DNA from: Caecitellus pseudoparvulus
Lineage: Eukaryota > Protista > Bigyra: Bicosoecida
Length of the DNA stretch: 64,000 nucleotides
Assembly (NCBI GenBank): GCA_965644315.1
Contig: CBFFRQ010000214.1
Span: forward strand, 12,166 to 76,165
Reading direction: 5' to 3'
Below, piece after piece: positions 15,001 through 27,900 of this stretch (positions within the stretch are counted from its first letter, which is position 1; each line of letters starts with the position of its first letter). A program made the translations under genes and the position numbers. The notes beneath the pieces were generated by a model that saw nothing but the letters and a program-made list of their open reading frames with translations, was not told where the DNA came from and ran no database searches.

Positions 15001-18000
15001 CCATGGCGCCGCTGTCGCCCGATGTCGACCCGCCCGACGCCAGTGTCACGGCCCCGCTGCTGCCCGACTGTGTCGTGCCAGTGCTCAGCACCATGGCGCC
15101 GCTGTCGCCCGATGTCGACCCGCCCGACGCCAGTGTCACGGCCCCGCTGCTGCCCGACTGTGTCGTGCCAGTGCTCAGCACCAGCGACCCCGACACACCC
15201 GTGCCCACAGCGTTGGCACTGCGCACCACCACTGCACCAGTGCTGGACACCGCACCACTCCCGCTCACCACACTCACCACACCGCCCACACTGCCACCAG
15301 CAGTGCTGGCGCCAGCTGACACGTACAGGTGCCCGCCGTCGCCCTGGTCAGTGCCGCCCACAGTCATGGACATGCTGCCGGCGACCCCCGATGTGGCGGC
15401 CCCCGTGGCCATGTGCAGGTACCCGGCGTCGCCCGTGAGCGCGGTGCCAGTGCTCAGCACCATGGCGCCGCTGTCGCCCGATGTCGACCCGCCCGACGCC
15501 AGTGTCACGGCCCCGCTGCTGCCCGACTGTGTCGTGCCAGTGCTCAGCACCATGGCGCCGCTGTCGCCCGATGTCGACCCGCCCGACGCCAGTGTCACGG
15601 CCCCGCTGCTGCCCGACTGTGTCGTGCCAGTGCTCAGCACCAGCGACCCCGACACACCCGTGCCCACAGCGTTGGCACTGCGCACCACCACTGCACCAGT
15701 GCTGGACACCGCACCACTCCCGCTCACCACACTCACCACACCGCCCACACTGCCACCAGCAGTGCTGGCGCCAGCTGACACGTACAGGTGCCCGCCGTCG
15801 CCCTGGTCAGTGGCGCCCACAGTCATGGACATGCTGCCGGCGGCCCCCGATGTGGCGGCCCCCGTGGCCATGTGCAGGTACCCGGCGTCGCCCGTGAGCG
15901 CGGTGCCAGTGCTCAGCACCATGGCGCCGCTGTTGCCCGATGTCGACCCGCCCGACGCCAGTGTCACGGCCCCGCTGCTGCCCGACTGTGTCGTGCCAGT
16001 GCTCAGCACCATGGCCCCGCTGTCGCCCGTGCCCACAGCGTTGGCACTGCGCACCACCACTGCACCAGTGCTGGACACCGCACCACTCCCGCTCACCACA
16101 CTCACCACACCCCCCACACTGCCACCAGCAGTGCTGGCGCCAGCTGACACGTACAGGTGCCCGCCGTCGCCCTGGTCAGTGCCGCCCACAGTCATGGACA
16201 TGCTGCCGGCGACCCCCGATGTGGCGGCCCCCGTGGCCATGTGCAGGTACCCGGCGTCGCCCGTGAGCGCGGTGCCAGTGCTCAGCACCATGGCGCCGCT
16301 GTCGCCCGATGTCGACCCGCCCGACGCCAGTGTGACGGCCCCGCTGCTGCCCGACTGTGTCGTGCCAGTGCTCAGCACCATGGCGCCGCTGTCGCCCGAT
16401 GTCGACCCGCCCGACGCCAGTGTCACGGCCCCGCTGCTGCCCGACTGTGTCGTGCCAGTGCTCAGCACCAGCGACCCCGACACACCCGTGCCCACAGCGT
16501 TGGCACTGCGCACCACCACTGCACCAGTGCTGGACACCGCACCACTCCCGCTCACCACACTCACCACACCGCCCACACTGCCACCAGCAGTGCTGGCGCC
16601 AGCTGACACGTACACGTGCCCGCCGTCGCCCTGGTCAGTGGCGCCCACAGTCATGGACATGCTGCCGGCGGCCCCCGATGTGGCGGCCCCCGTGGCCATG
16701 TGCAGGTACCCGGCGTCGCCCGTGAGCGCGGTGCCAGTGCTCAGCACCATGGCGCCGCTGTCGCCCGATGTCGATGTTCCGGACTTAATATTTACAGATC
16801 CGGTGTATGAAGATGATACTGCGTCCCCCGTCCCTATTTCAACAGACCCAGAGTCACCAGATTGAGTCTTTCCGGAAGCAAGTGTGACGGCCCCGCTGCT
16901 GCCCGACTGTGTCGTGCCAGTGCTCAGCACCAGCGACCCCGACACACCCGTGCCCACAGCGTTGGCACTGCGCACCACCACTGCACCAGTGCTGGACACC
17001 GCACCACTCCCGCTCACCACACTCACCACACCACCCACACTGCCACCAGCAGTGCTGGCGCCAGCTGACACGTACAGGTGCCCGCCGTCGCCCTGGTCAG
17101 TGGCGCCCACAGTCATGGACATGCTGCCGGCGACCCCCGATGTGGCGGCCCCCGTGGCCATGTGCAGGTACCCGGCGTCGCCCGTGAGCGCGGTGCCAGT
17201 GCTCAGCACCATGGCGCCGCTGTCGCCCGATGTCGACCCGCCCGACGCCAGTGTCACGGCCCCGCTGCTGCCCGACTGTGTCGTGCCAGTGCTCAGCACC
17301 AGCGACCCCGACACACCCGTGCCCACAGCGTTGGCACTGCGCACCACCACTGCACCTGTGCTGGACACCGCACCACTCCCGCTCACCACACTCACCACAC
17401 CGCCCACACTGCCACCAGCAGTGCTGGCGCCAGCTGACACGTACAGGTGCCCGCCGTCGCCCTGGTCAGTGCCGCCCACAGTCATGGACATGCTGCCGGC
17501 GACCCCCGATGTGGCGGCCCCCGTGGCCATGTGCAGGTACCCGGCGTCGCCCGTGAGCGCGGTGCCAGTGCTCAGCACCATGGCGCCGCTGTCGCCCGAT
17601 GTCGACCCGCCCGACGCCAGTGTCACGGCCCCGCTGCTGCCCGACTGTGTCGTGCCAGTGCTCAGCACCATGGCGCCACTGTCGCCCGATGTCGACCCGC
17701 CCGACGCCAGTGTCACGGCCCCGCTGCTGCCCGACTGTGTCGTGCCAGTGCTCAGCACCAGCGACCCCGACACGCCCGTGCCCACAGCGTTGGCACTGCG
17801 CACCACCACTGCACCAGTGCTGGACACCGCACCACTCCCGCTCACCACACTCACCACACCGCCCACACTGCCACCAGCAGTGCTGGCGCCAGCTGACACG
17901 TACAGGTGCCCGCCGTCGCCCTGGTCAGTGCCGCCCACAGTCATGGACATGCTGCCGGCGGCCCCCGATGTGGCGGCCCCCGTGGCCATGTGCAGGTACC

Positions 18001-21000
18001 CGGCGTCGCCCGTGAGCGCGGTGCCAGTGCTCAGCACCATGGCGCCGCTGTCGCCCGATGTCGACCCGCCCGACGCCAGTGTCACGGCCCCGCTGCTGCC
18101 CGACTGTGTCGTGCCAGTGCTCAGCACCATGGCGCCGCTGTCGCCCGATGTCGACCCGCCCGACGCCAGTGTCACGGCCCCGCTGCTGCCCGACTGTGTC
18201 GTGCCAGTGCTCAGCACCAGCGACCCCGACACACCCGTGCCCACAGCGTTGGCACTGCGCACCACCACTGCACCAGTGCTGGACACCGCACCACTCCCGC
18301 TCACCACACTCACCACACCGCCCACACTGCCACCAGCAGTGCTGGCGCCAGCTGACACGTACAGGTGCCCGCCGTCGCCCTGGTCAGTGCCGCCCACAGT
18401 CATGGACATGCTGCCGGCGACCCCCGATGTGGCGGCCCCCGTGGCCATGTGCAGGTACCCGGCGTCGCCCGTGAGCGCGGTGCCAGTGCTCAGCACCATG
18501 GCGCCGCTGTCGCCCGATGTCGACCCGCCCGACGCCAGTGTGACGGCCCCGCTGCTGCCCGACTGTGTCGTGCCAGTGCTCAGCACCATGGCGCCGCTGT
18601 CGCCCGATGTCGACCCGCCCGACGCCAGTGTCACGGCCCCGCTGCTGCCCGACTGTGTCGTGCCAGTGCTCAGCACCAGCGACCCCGACACACCCGTGCC
18701 CACAGCGTTGGCACTGCGCACCACCACTGCACCAGTGCTGGACACCGCACCACTCCCGCTCACCACACTCACCACACCGCCCACACTGCCACCAGCAGTG
18801 CTGGCGCCAGCTGACACGTACACGTGCCCGCCGTCGCCCTGGTCAGTGGCGCCCACAGTCATGGACATGCTGCCGGCGGCCCCCGATGTGGCGGCCCCCG
18901 TGGCCATGTGCAGGTACCCGGCGTCGCCCGTGAGCGCGGTGCCAGTGCTCAGCACCATGGCGCCGCTGTCGCCCGATGTCGACCCGCCCGACGCCAGTGT
19001 CACGGCCCCGCTGCTGCCCGACTGTGTCGTGCCAGTGCTCAGCACCATGGCGCCGCTGTCGCCCGATGTCGACCCGCCCGACGCCAGTGTGACAGCCCCG
19101 CTGCTGCCCGACTGTGTCGTGCCAGTGCTCAGCACCAGCGACCCCGACACGCCCGTGCCCACAGCGTTGGCACTGCGCACCACCACTGCACCAGTGCTGG
19201 ACACCGCACCACTCCCGCTCACCACACTCACCACACCGCCCACACTGCCACCAGCAGTGCTGGCGCCAGCTGACACGTACAGGTGCCCGCCGTCGCCCTG
19301 GTCAGTGCCGCCCACAGTCATGGACATGCTGCCGGCGACCCCCGATGTGGCGGCCCCCGTGGCCATGTGCAGGTACCCGGCGTCGCCCGTGAGCGCGGTG
19401 CCAGTGCTCAGCACCATGGCGCCGCTGTCGCCCGATGTCGACCCGCCCGACGCCAGTGTCACGGCCCCGCTGCTGCCCGACTGTGTCGTGCCAGTGCTCA
19501 GCACCATGGCGCCACTGTCGCCCGATGTCGACCCGCCCGACGCCAGTGTCACGGCCCCGCTGCTGCCCGACTGTGTCGTGCCAGTGCTCAGCACCAGCGA
19601 CCCCGACACACCCGTGCCCACAGCGTTGGCACTGCGCACCACCACTGCACCAGTGCTGGACACCGCACCACTCCCGCTCACCACACTCACCACACCGCCC
19701 ACACTGCCACCAGCAGTGCTGGCGCCAGCTGACACGTACAGGTGCCCGCCGTCGCCCTGGTCAGTGCCGCCCACAGTCATGGACATGCTGCCGGCGGCCC
19801 CCGATGTGGCGGCCCCCGTGGCCATGTGCAGGTACCCGGCGTCGCCCGTGAGCGCGGTGCCAGTGCTCAGCACCATGGCGCCGCTGTCGCCCGATGTCGA
19901 CCCGCCCGACGCCAGTGTCACGGCCCCGCTGCTGCCCGACTGTGTCGTGCCAGTGCTCAGCACCATGGCGCCGCTGTCGCCCGATGTCGACCCGCCCGAC
20001 GCCAGTGTCACGGCCCCGCTGCTGCCCGACTGTGTCGTGCCAGTGCTCAGCACCAGCGACCCCGACACACCTGTGCCCACAGCGTTGGCACTGCGCACCA
20101 CCACTGCACCAGTGCTGGACACCGCACCACTCCCGCTCACCACACTCACCACACCGCCCACACTGCCACCAGCAGTGCTGGCGCCAGCTGACACGTACAG
20201 GTGCCCGCCGTCGCCCTGGTCAGTGCCGCCCACAGTCATGGACATGCTGCCGGCGGCCCCCGATGTGGCGGCCCCCGTGGCCATGTGCAGGTACCCGGCG
20301 TCGCCCGTGAGCGCGGTGCCAGTGCTCAGCACCATGGCGCCGCTGTCGCCCGATGTCGACCCGCCCGACGCCAGTGTCACGGCCCCGCTGCTGCCCGACT
20401 GTGTCGTGCCAGTGCTCAGCACCATGGCGCCACTGTCGCCCGATGTCGACCCGCCCGACGCCAGTGTCACGGCCCCGCTGCTGCCCGACTGTGTCGTGCC
20501 AGTGCTCAGCACCAGCGACCCCGACACGCCCGTGCCCACAGCGTTGGCACTGCGCACCACCACTGCACCAGTGCTGGACACCGCACCACTCCCGCTCACC
20601 ACACTCACCACACCGCCCACACTGCCACCAGCAGTGCTGGCGCCAGCTGACACGTACACGTGCCCGCCGTCGCCCTGGTCAGTGCCGCCCACAGTCATGG
20701 ACATGCTGCCGGCGACCCCCGATGTGGCGGCCCCCGTGGCCATGTGCAGGTACCCGGCGTCGCCCGTGAGCGCGGTGCCAGTGCTCAGCACCATGGCGCC
20801 GCTGTCGCCCGATGTCGACCCGCCCGACGCCAGTGTCACGGCCCCGCTGCTGCCCGACTGTGTCGTGCCAGTGCTCAGCACCATGGCGCCGCTGTCGCCC
20901 GATGTCGACCCGCCCGACGCCAGTGTCACGGCCCCGCTGCTGCCCGACTGTGTCGTGCCAGTGCTCAGCACCAGCGACCCCGACACACCCGTGCCCACAG

Positions 21001-21937
21001 CGTTGGCACTGCGCACCACCACTGCACCAGTGCTGGACACCGCACCACTCCCGCTCACCACACTCACCACACCGCCCACACTGCCACCAGCAGTGCTGGC
21101 GCCAGCTGACACGTACACGTGCCCGCCGTCGCCCTGGTCAGTGCCGCCCACAGTCATGGACATGCTGCCGGCGACCCCCGATGTGGCGGCCCCCGTGGCC
21201 ATGTGCAGGTACCCGGCGTCGCCCGTGAGCGCGGTGCCAGTGCTCAGCACCATGGCGCCGCTGTTGCCCGATGTCGACCCGCCCGACGCCAGTGTCACGG
21301 CCCCGCTGCTGCCCGACTGTGTCGTGCCAGTGCTCAGCACCATGGCGCCGCTGTCGCCCGATGTCGACCCGCCCGACGCCAGTGTCACGGCCCCGCTGCT
21401 GCCCGACTGTGTCGTGCCAGTGCTCAGCACCAGCGACCCCGACACACCCGTGCCCACAGCGTTGGCACTGCGCACCACCACTGCACCTGTGCTGGACACC
21501 GCACCACTCCCGCTCACCACACTCACCACACCGCCCACACTGCCACCAGCAGTGCTGGCGCCAGCTGACACGTACAGGTGCCCGCCGTCGCCCTGGTCAG
21601 TGCCGCCCACAGTCATGGACATGCTGCCGGCGGCCCCCGATGTGGCGGCCCCCGTGGCCATGTGCAGGTACCCGGCGTCGCCCGTGAGCGCGGTGCCAGT
21701 GCTCAGCACCATGGCGCCGCTGTCGCCCGATGTCGACCCGCCCGACGCCAGTGTGACGGCCCCGCTGCTGCCCGACTGTGTCGTGCCAGTGCTCAGCACC
21801 ATGGCGCCGCTGTCGCCCGATGTCGACCCGCCCGACGCCAGTGTCACGGCCCCGCTGCTGCCCGACTGTGTCGTGCCAGTGCTCAGCACCAGCGACCCCG
21901 ACACACCCGTGCCCACAGCGTTGGCACTGCGCACCAC
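1..21937. repeat. Coding tandem array of 50 units plus a partial: 459 bp (153 aa) or 369 bp (123 aa, 12 units), differing by one 90-bp sub-repeat
   Basis: Unit spacing was read from the recurring shadow ORF starts (164, 623, 992, 1451 ... 21578). The minus-strand unit is SGSLVLSTGTTQSGS SGAVTLASGGSTSGD SGAMVLSTGTTQSGS SGAVTLASGGSTSGD SGAMVLSTGTALTGD AGYLHMATGAATSG(V/A) AGSMSMTVG(A/G)TDQGD GGH(L/V)YVSAGASTAGGSV GGVVSVVSGSGAVSS TGAVVVRSANAVGTGV. Confidence 0.97.
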
Positions 21938-24900
21938 TACTTCGCCACTTGATCCGACAGTACCTGCCCCACTCGCCATGTATAAATTTCCTCCCTGGTG
22001 CTCTTCATCTGTTGTTGTTCCTGCTTGAATGTTTACGTTTCCTCCATTTCCGGTGTTGGTGTCTCCTGCTCTGACTGTGACGGTTCCGGAAGTGTGTTTT
22101 GAGTCACCAGTTGCAAGAACAATATGCCCGGAAGCTCCGCGATCAGTTGTTCCTGTGATAAGAGATAGCTCGCCACTGTTGCCCGCAGTTCCACTCGGTG
22201 CTGTTTGAAGAGTTACTTCACCACTGTCACCACTTTCGCTTGCACCAGAAGAAATCTTCAGGTCTCCTCCGTCGCCATGGTAAGCACTGCCTGCCTTTAC
22301 CTCAATAAGGCCACCGTCGCCGGTTCCCTGGTTGCTTCCGGCATGAACATTGAGCGCTCCAGCGCCGCTTCCAGATGTTCCATCTCCTCCAAGAAGCTGA
22401 ACTTCTCCGCCAGTCCCTTGCAATGATTCGCCAGCTTGTAAAAGGACTGATCCACCAGTTCCTCTGTCAGCATGCCCACCAGATACACTGATGCCTCCGG
22501 CCTTGGCAGAGCTTGCATGTGCGTCTCCGGACCGCAACAGTATCGCTCCTCCGGTCCCTTCGGTACCATTTGCGAAGCCTGCGGCAAGAGAGATGTTTCC
22601 CGAAGCAGATCGAATTCCTGTTGAGTCGCCAGTTTTCACACTAACGCTTCCAGATAGAGCTGTTGAGTGGCCACTCAACAGGGCTAGGTTGCCACTTTGA
22701 GCTCCCACCGCTGTTCCGGTCGACAACAGCACAAAGCCAGATGAAAATAAGCTTGAGTTTCCTGAGACAAAGGAAACATTACCCGCAGGCCCATAGAGGC
22801 TACTTCCCGCTGAAATGTTCACGTTGCCGCCACGTCCAGATGCTGAGTTGCCTGCGTCTATCTGTACGTGGCCACCCACTCCGTGGCCTACTTGGGTTGA
22901 TCCGGCTTGGAGATACACACCTCCACCGCCCAGTCCAGCGTGCACAGAAACATCGCCTGATGCACTTTCAGCATTTCCTGTGGCAATTCGAAGCTCCCCA
23001 CTTTGCTCTTGACTTGTCCCAGTCCGAAGGTCGATGCTTCCAGAGCTCATCCCGGCGCCAGTGCTAAGGAGAACAGCACCAGATTTGCTGAAAGTGCTGT
23101 TTCCTGTCCCCACAAGCACCCTACCACTCAAGTGATCAGATGAAGCTGATTGAACGAGAATTTCTCCTCCTTGAGCTGAGCCAACGTGGATGTCCCCTCC
23201 TGACCTTGTCGCTTCCCCGGATAGAATCTCAACCGCTCCAGCCACCTCATCAGCTGCTCCAGTTCCAACGCTGATGCTTCCAGAGTGCACGGAAGCAACC
23301 CCACTCTGAAGCTCCACACTTCCAGTTGTGGTTCCATGACCTGATGTAAGAGAAACGCTGCCAGACTGCAAGTCAGCTGCACCTGTGCCAATCGTCACGC
23401 GCCCGTGGACTGACGAAGCCCCCGCCGCGATCAACACTTCGCCTGACCCAAACACCCCATCACCAGACTCAATTGCCACTGATCCAGATTGCATGGATTC
23501 TCTTGTTTGAATGAGGATTTCAGGTGTTGAGAGCTTGCCTCCTTGAACTGAAATCGACACATCTCCGCCTTGAGCTTGGGAGTCCCCACCTCGGATGCTC
23601 AAGCTTCCTCCAGTGGATGCACCACTTCCGGAATGCATGGTGATATTGCCTCCGAGTTCCGCTCCATCACCTGCGTGAATATCAACGCTTCCACCCCTGG
23701 GTCCTGAGTCAGTAGACCCGGCATGGAGCCTGAGGCTTCCTGGCTTCTCCGATGCTGCACCAGCGCCAAAATGCAATCCTCCGCCCCCAATGCCCGTTGC
23801 AATTGCCGAAAACCTTCCCGACCCATCTGAAGAATCACCAGATGAAATTGAAATCTGTCCTGAGGATGATGCTTGACCAGAGGACAGTGACACTTTGGCA
23901 TCCTGCCCAGGAATGGTCCCAGTCGCAGCAGCCAGTAGTTGACCACCCGCCCGCGCACTACCTGCCGCAAGAGAGATGGATCCTCCAACTTCTTGAGATT
24001 CTTTGGCCGACAGTAAAATAGAGCCGCTAGAACTTTCACTTCCAGCGAGGAGCGCAATATCACCACCTGGAGCATCAACAGACGAGCCAGTTGTTACCCG
24101 CACCCCGCCGTTCACCTTGCCAGTCGCAGCACTGCTCACTAGCACATCACCAGACGAAATCCCTGGACCAGTGTTCATGTAAATCCCCCCCGAACCTTTT
24201 GAAAGGCCTGAGATGCTCGTTTGAAGCTTGATCGAGGCACTTGAATCTTGGCTATTTGCTGCCAGTCGGATGTCACCATCAAGAGAGTGGAGGCTCACGT
24301 CGCTCTCCCCCCTGGATGAGGTACTCGCTTGAAGTCTGATTGAGCCTCCGAGTTCTGATCCGAGCCCGGACTTGACCAAAATACTCCCCCCTTCTCCGGA
24401 CTCAGAGTGTCCGCCACCCAGGTGAACACTGCCACTATTGGTCACGCCCTTTGATGCTGAGAGGTTGACATGTCCACCTTGCTCATCCGCAGACCCTGCA
24501 TGGAGAGTTACATTCCCACCGAGTTGCTGCGAAGAGCCAGCCTGGATCCCAACGATCCCGCCAGACTTCTTGCCTGATCCCGCGAAAAAGGAAATGCTCC
24601 CTCCATTTTCTTCTGCAGCACCTGCACGGATGCGCACATCTCCTGCAGATTGGGTGCCTGCACCAGTCCAAACGTCAATTTGCCCAGAAGCGGTTGAGGA
24701 CGATGTCTCAACCATCACCTGCCCGCTCGAACCACTCTCGTCGGAGGCAGTCGCCAACTTGACGAATGATTGCCGCTGAGAGCTCCCAACAGCACTGATT
24801 CTAACCGAGCTAGACCCACCAGGCCTTAATTGCCTCGCAGATAAATCAAGCAAAGCACTGCCGCCATCCCCAAGCGCTTGGGCAATCACGGTGGCATTTG

Positions 24901-27900
24901 CCGAACTTAATCCTTGGGCAGAAATGGACACCGTTCCATTGCTATCCTGGCCACCACCAAGCAAAGACAATGTACTGGTGCCAGCAGGCCCACCAGATGA
25001 GGAGAGCAAAGTTTCACTGTTGCCTCCAACACCAACTTCAGCTGCAAGGAGCGTTGATGCACGTCCTCCAGCTCCAGAAGTGGCACTAAGATGAAGATCA
25101 CTGCTGAGAGCCTGAGCTTGTCCAGATTCGATACGAATGGAACCGGGGCGTTGAGCTCCTGGTGCAGAGATGACAATGTTTCCACTTCCTGACGGTGATC
25201 CGGAAAGTATTTCAACTCCGCCATGGGACAACAATGACAAATTCCCACTCTTCGAGCTTGCCTGTCCAGTCACGAAGGAAATCCCCCCGGAGGTTTCCTT
25301 GCCTTCTCCGGAGGCAAGCGTAATGTTCCCCGTGTTTAATGCAGACCCAGTCGTGATTCGCACGGGCCCGCTTTGCGAAGCATGGCTCTGTGTCGAGATG
25401 CTCACCGTCCCAGATCGAACATCCCCTGAGCCGCTTTCAATCATGACGTCCCCACTACTTGACTTGGGGTCATTTGTCGATCCAGATGCAACCACCACAC
25501 TCCCTGACTCACCTTCTCCCGCGCTGCCTGTAGCTAGGACAACATCACCTGAGGAGCGCGTCGACTCACCAGTCCGAACCAAAATCGAACCACTCCCTTC
25601 AGCAGCGAGGCCGGACTGCAGACGAACACCTCCAGAAGCCCCCGTTTCCGATGTGCCAGACTGCAAAATCATATCTCCGGAAACCACTTGTGAGTTTCCA
25701 CTTGACACGAAGACAGAGCCACTTGAGTTTGATGCACTGCCAGTCGACAGGCGTACATCACCACTTGACCCCATCGCATTGCCAGACTCAAATGCCAAGT
25801 GGCCAGATACCGAAGTTGAGTCCCCGGAAAGTATTTCTGCTGCACCTGAGTTCTCTGCACCGCTGCCAGAGTGAATCGACACGCTGCCGCTGGCATCATG
25901 CGAGCTATTTCCTGACTGAGCAAGAAGTGATCCAGATGCAATGGTTGCGTCACCAGTCTCCAGGGTCAAGGAGCTGTCCCTGTCCACAGAAGTTTTTGCC
26001 GTGATCATTATGTCACCACCTCGGTTTCCCTGCCCGCTGGCCAGCACCAGACCACCGCCTGCTCCAGATGTCGAGTGTGCGTCTCCTGCTGCGATGCCAA
26101 GCCTCGCCCCGGAACCAACAGCAGCAATCTGCACTGTTCCAGGAGCAGAGGAAGACCCAACGCCCGTGATTCTCAAATGTGCTTTGCCTTTCTCAGACTG
26201 AGACTTAATTTGTAGGCTACTTGAACCATGTGAGCTTGTTGATGACAAGAGCGTGCTTGCTTCTCTATGTTGAGATTGTGAAGTGACAGCGATTGTCGCT
26301 GCTGAAGTCTCTGAAGCAGACCGTAGTTCGGTTGAAGCATTGGAAGCCCCAAATCCATGGGACAAGACCTGGATGATCGCTGGGTTTGACGAGCTGTCTC
26401 CCGCTGTGAGGCTGAGATTGCCTTGCGGCACAGCGATGCGCACACTTCCTTGAGCCCCATCAGCCGCAAGCAGGCTGGTCGCAGGTGAAACAGCTTGTTC
26501 TCCGGACACCAACTTGACGCCAGCGTTCAATGCTGATGATGATTCAATCAGAATGCTGCTGCTCGCATGCTGCGAAGCGTGTGCACTGATACTTACGACT
26601 GCCTCTTCAGACTCACTTGCCTGGGCATACACTTCTATTTTGCCGCCCCCACTCTCAGTAGACCCGGCCGAGATTGTCACGTTCCCACTTCTTCCCTGTG
26701 CTTGTCCACTCTGAATGAGAACTTGGCCAGAAGTAGATGTGCCGGTACCGCTCCTAACTGAAATCGACCCTGAGCGCTGCGCTGGGCCAGTTTGAATGCG
26801 AATATCTCCGCTTGAAACTTCGGAGGACGAGCTAGATATGGTGAGGTTTCCACTTCGTTTTCCGCCTCCAGATACCAACTCCAGGGAACCTCCGTGAGCA
26901 TCGCCGGCTTCAGCAGCGATTCGCACATGCCCCCCCTCCTCCAAACCTGCGCCGCTCATAATGTGCACACTTCCGCCTCGCCCAGTTGATTGGCCTGTCT
27001 TCAGAAGTATGTTTCCAGAGTGTAGTGAAGCGTTCCCAGTCTGAACAGCAATGCTGCCACTTGTTCCCATGCTGGAATCTCCAGACCCAAGCTCAACACT
27101 CCCGGATTCCTCCAGCGCTTGGCCAGATGAAAGGGAAAAATTTCCACCACGATGCCCTTGGCCAGCTCGCAGCTGCAAGCTCCCAGGCGACTGATTTGAG
27201 CCGCTTGCAACCACAACAAGGCGGCCTCCTGTGCTTGCACCTCCGCCAGAGCTCAGCTCAAGACTGCCACCAGCATCACCTCCATTTCCTGCCAAAGCAG
27301 ACAAGTGGGCAAGCTCTCCTGCAGCAGAAAGAGATACAGAGCCTGACCTGTCATGTGCGCTCCCGGAGGAGACAGTGACGCTTCCGGACTGCCTCGAAGC
27401 ATCACCTGTAATCATAGATACAGATTTGGATCCTGAAAGCGACAAGCTTCCACTTTGAGATGCAACATGTGTAGCAAGTGAGATGTTTCCACTTGAAGTT
27501 GTTGCTGCTCCTGAGAGGAGCCGCACTGTACCAGGAGACGGGGCAAGGCCAGAATATATGGTGACATTACCAGAAGCCTCAGTGGCGTCTCCTGAACCGA
27601 AATATGCAGACCCAGACATGAGACTTCCTGAGTTAGACCGAATATCCACACTTCCTCCGCGAGATGCAGCACCACTAACAAGCCGGACGCCACCCCCAAC
27701 TCCTTCAGCATCACCTCCCTGAACTTCGATGCCAGCACCATGCACCCCCCCACCAATGCCGCCTCGAAGCAGCAGACTTCCACCTGCTGTAAGGCCTGAT
27801 CCTGAGGCAATTCGAACACTTCCACCTGTCCGTTCTGAGTCTCCAGCGACAGCTTCAATGTCACCACCCACTTCGAGACCGTCCCCAGCCTTGAGTCGAA

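Noticed and set aside
1-21937. CRISPR array or non-coding satellite
   Set aside because: No unique spacers, all unit lengths are multiples of 3, and the minus frame is continuously open with a 15-aa motif.
6-22028. Plus-strand Pro/Thr-rich mucin-like ORFs of 3229, 2362 and 1714 aa
   Set aside because: Antisense shadows of Gly/Ser codons. They are stopped exactly at the divergent islands and the array edge, where the minus frame stays open.
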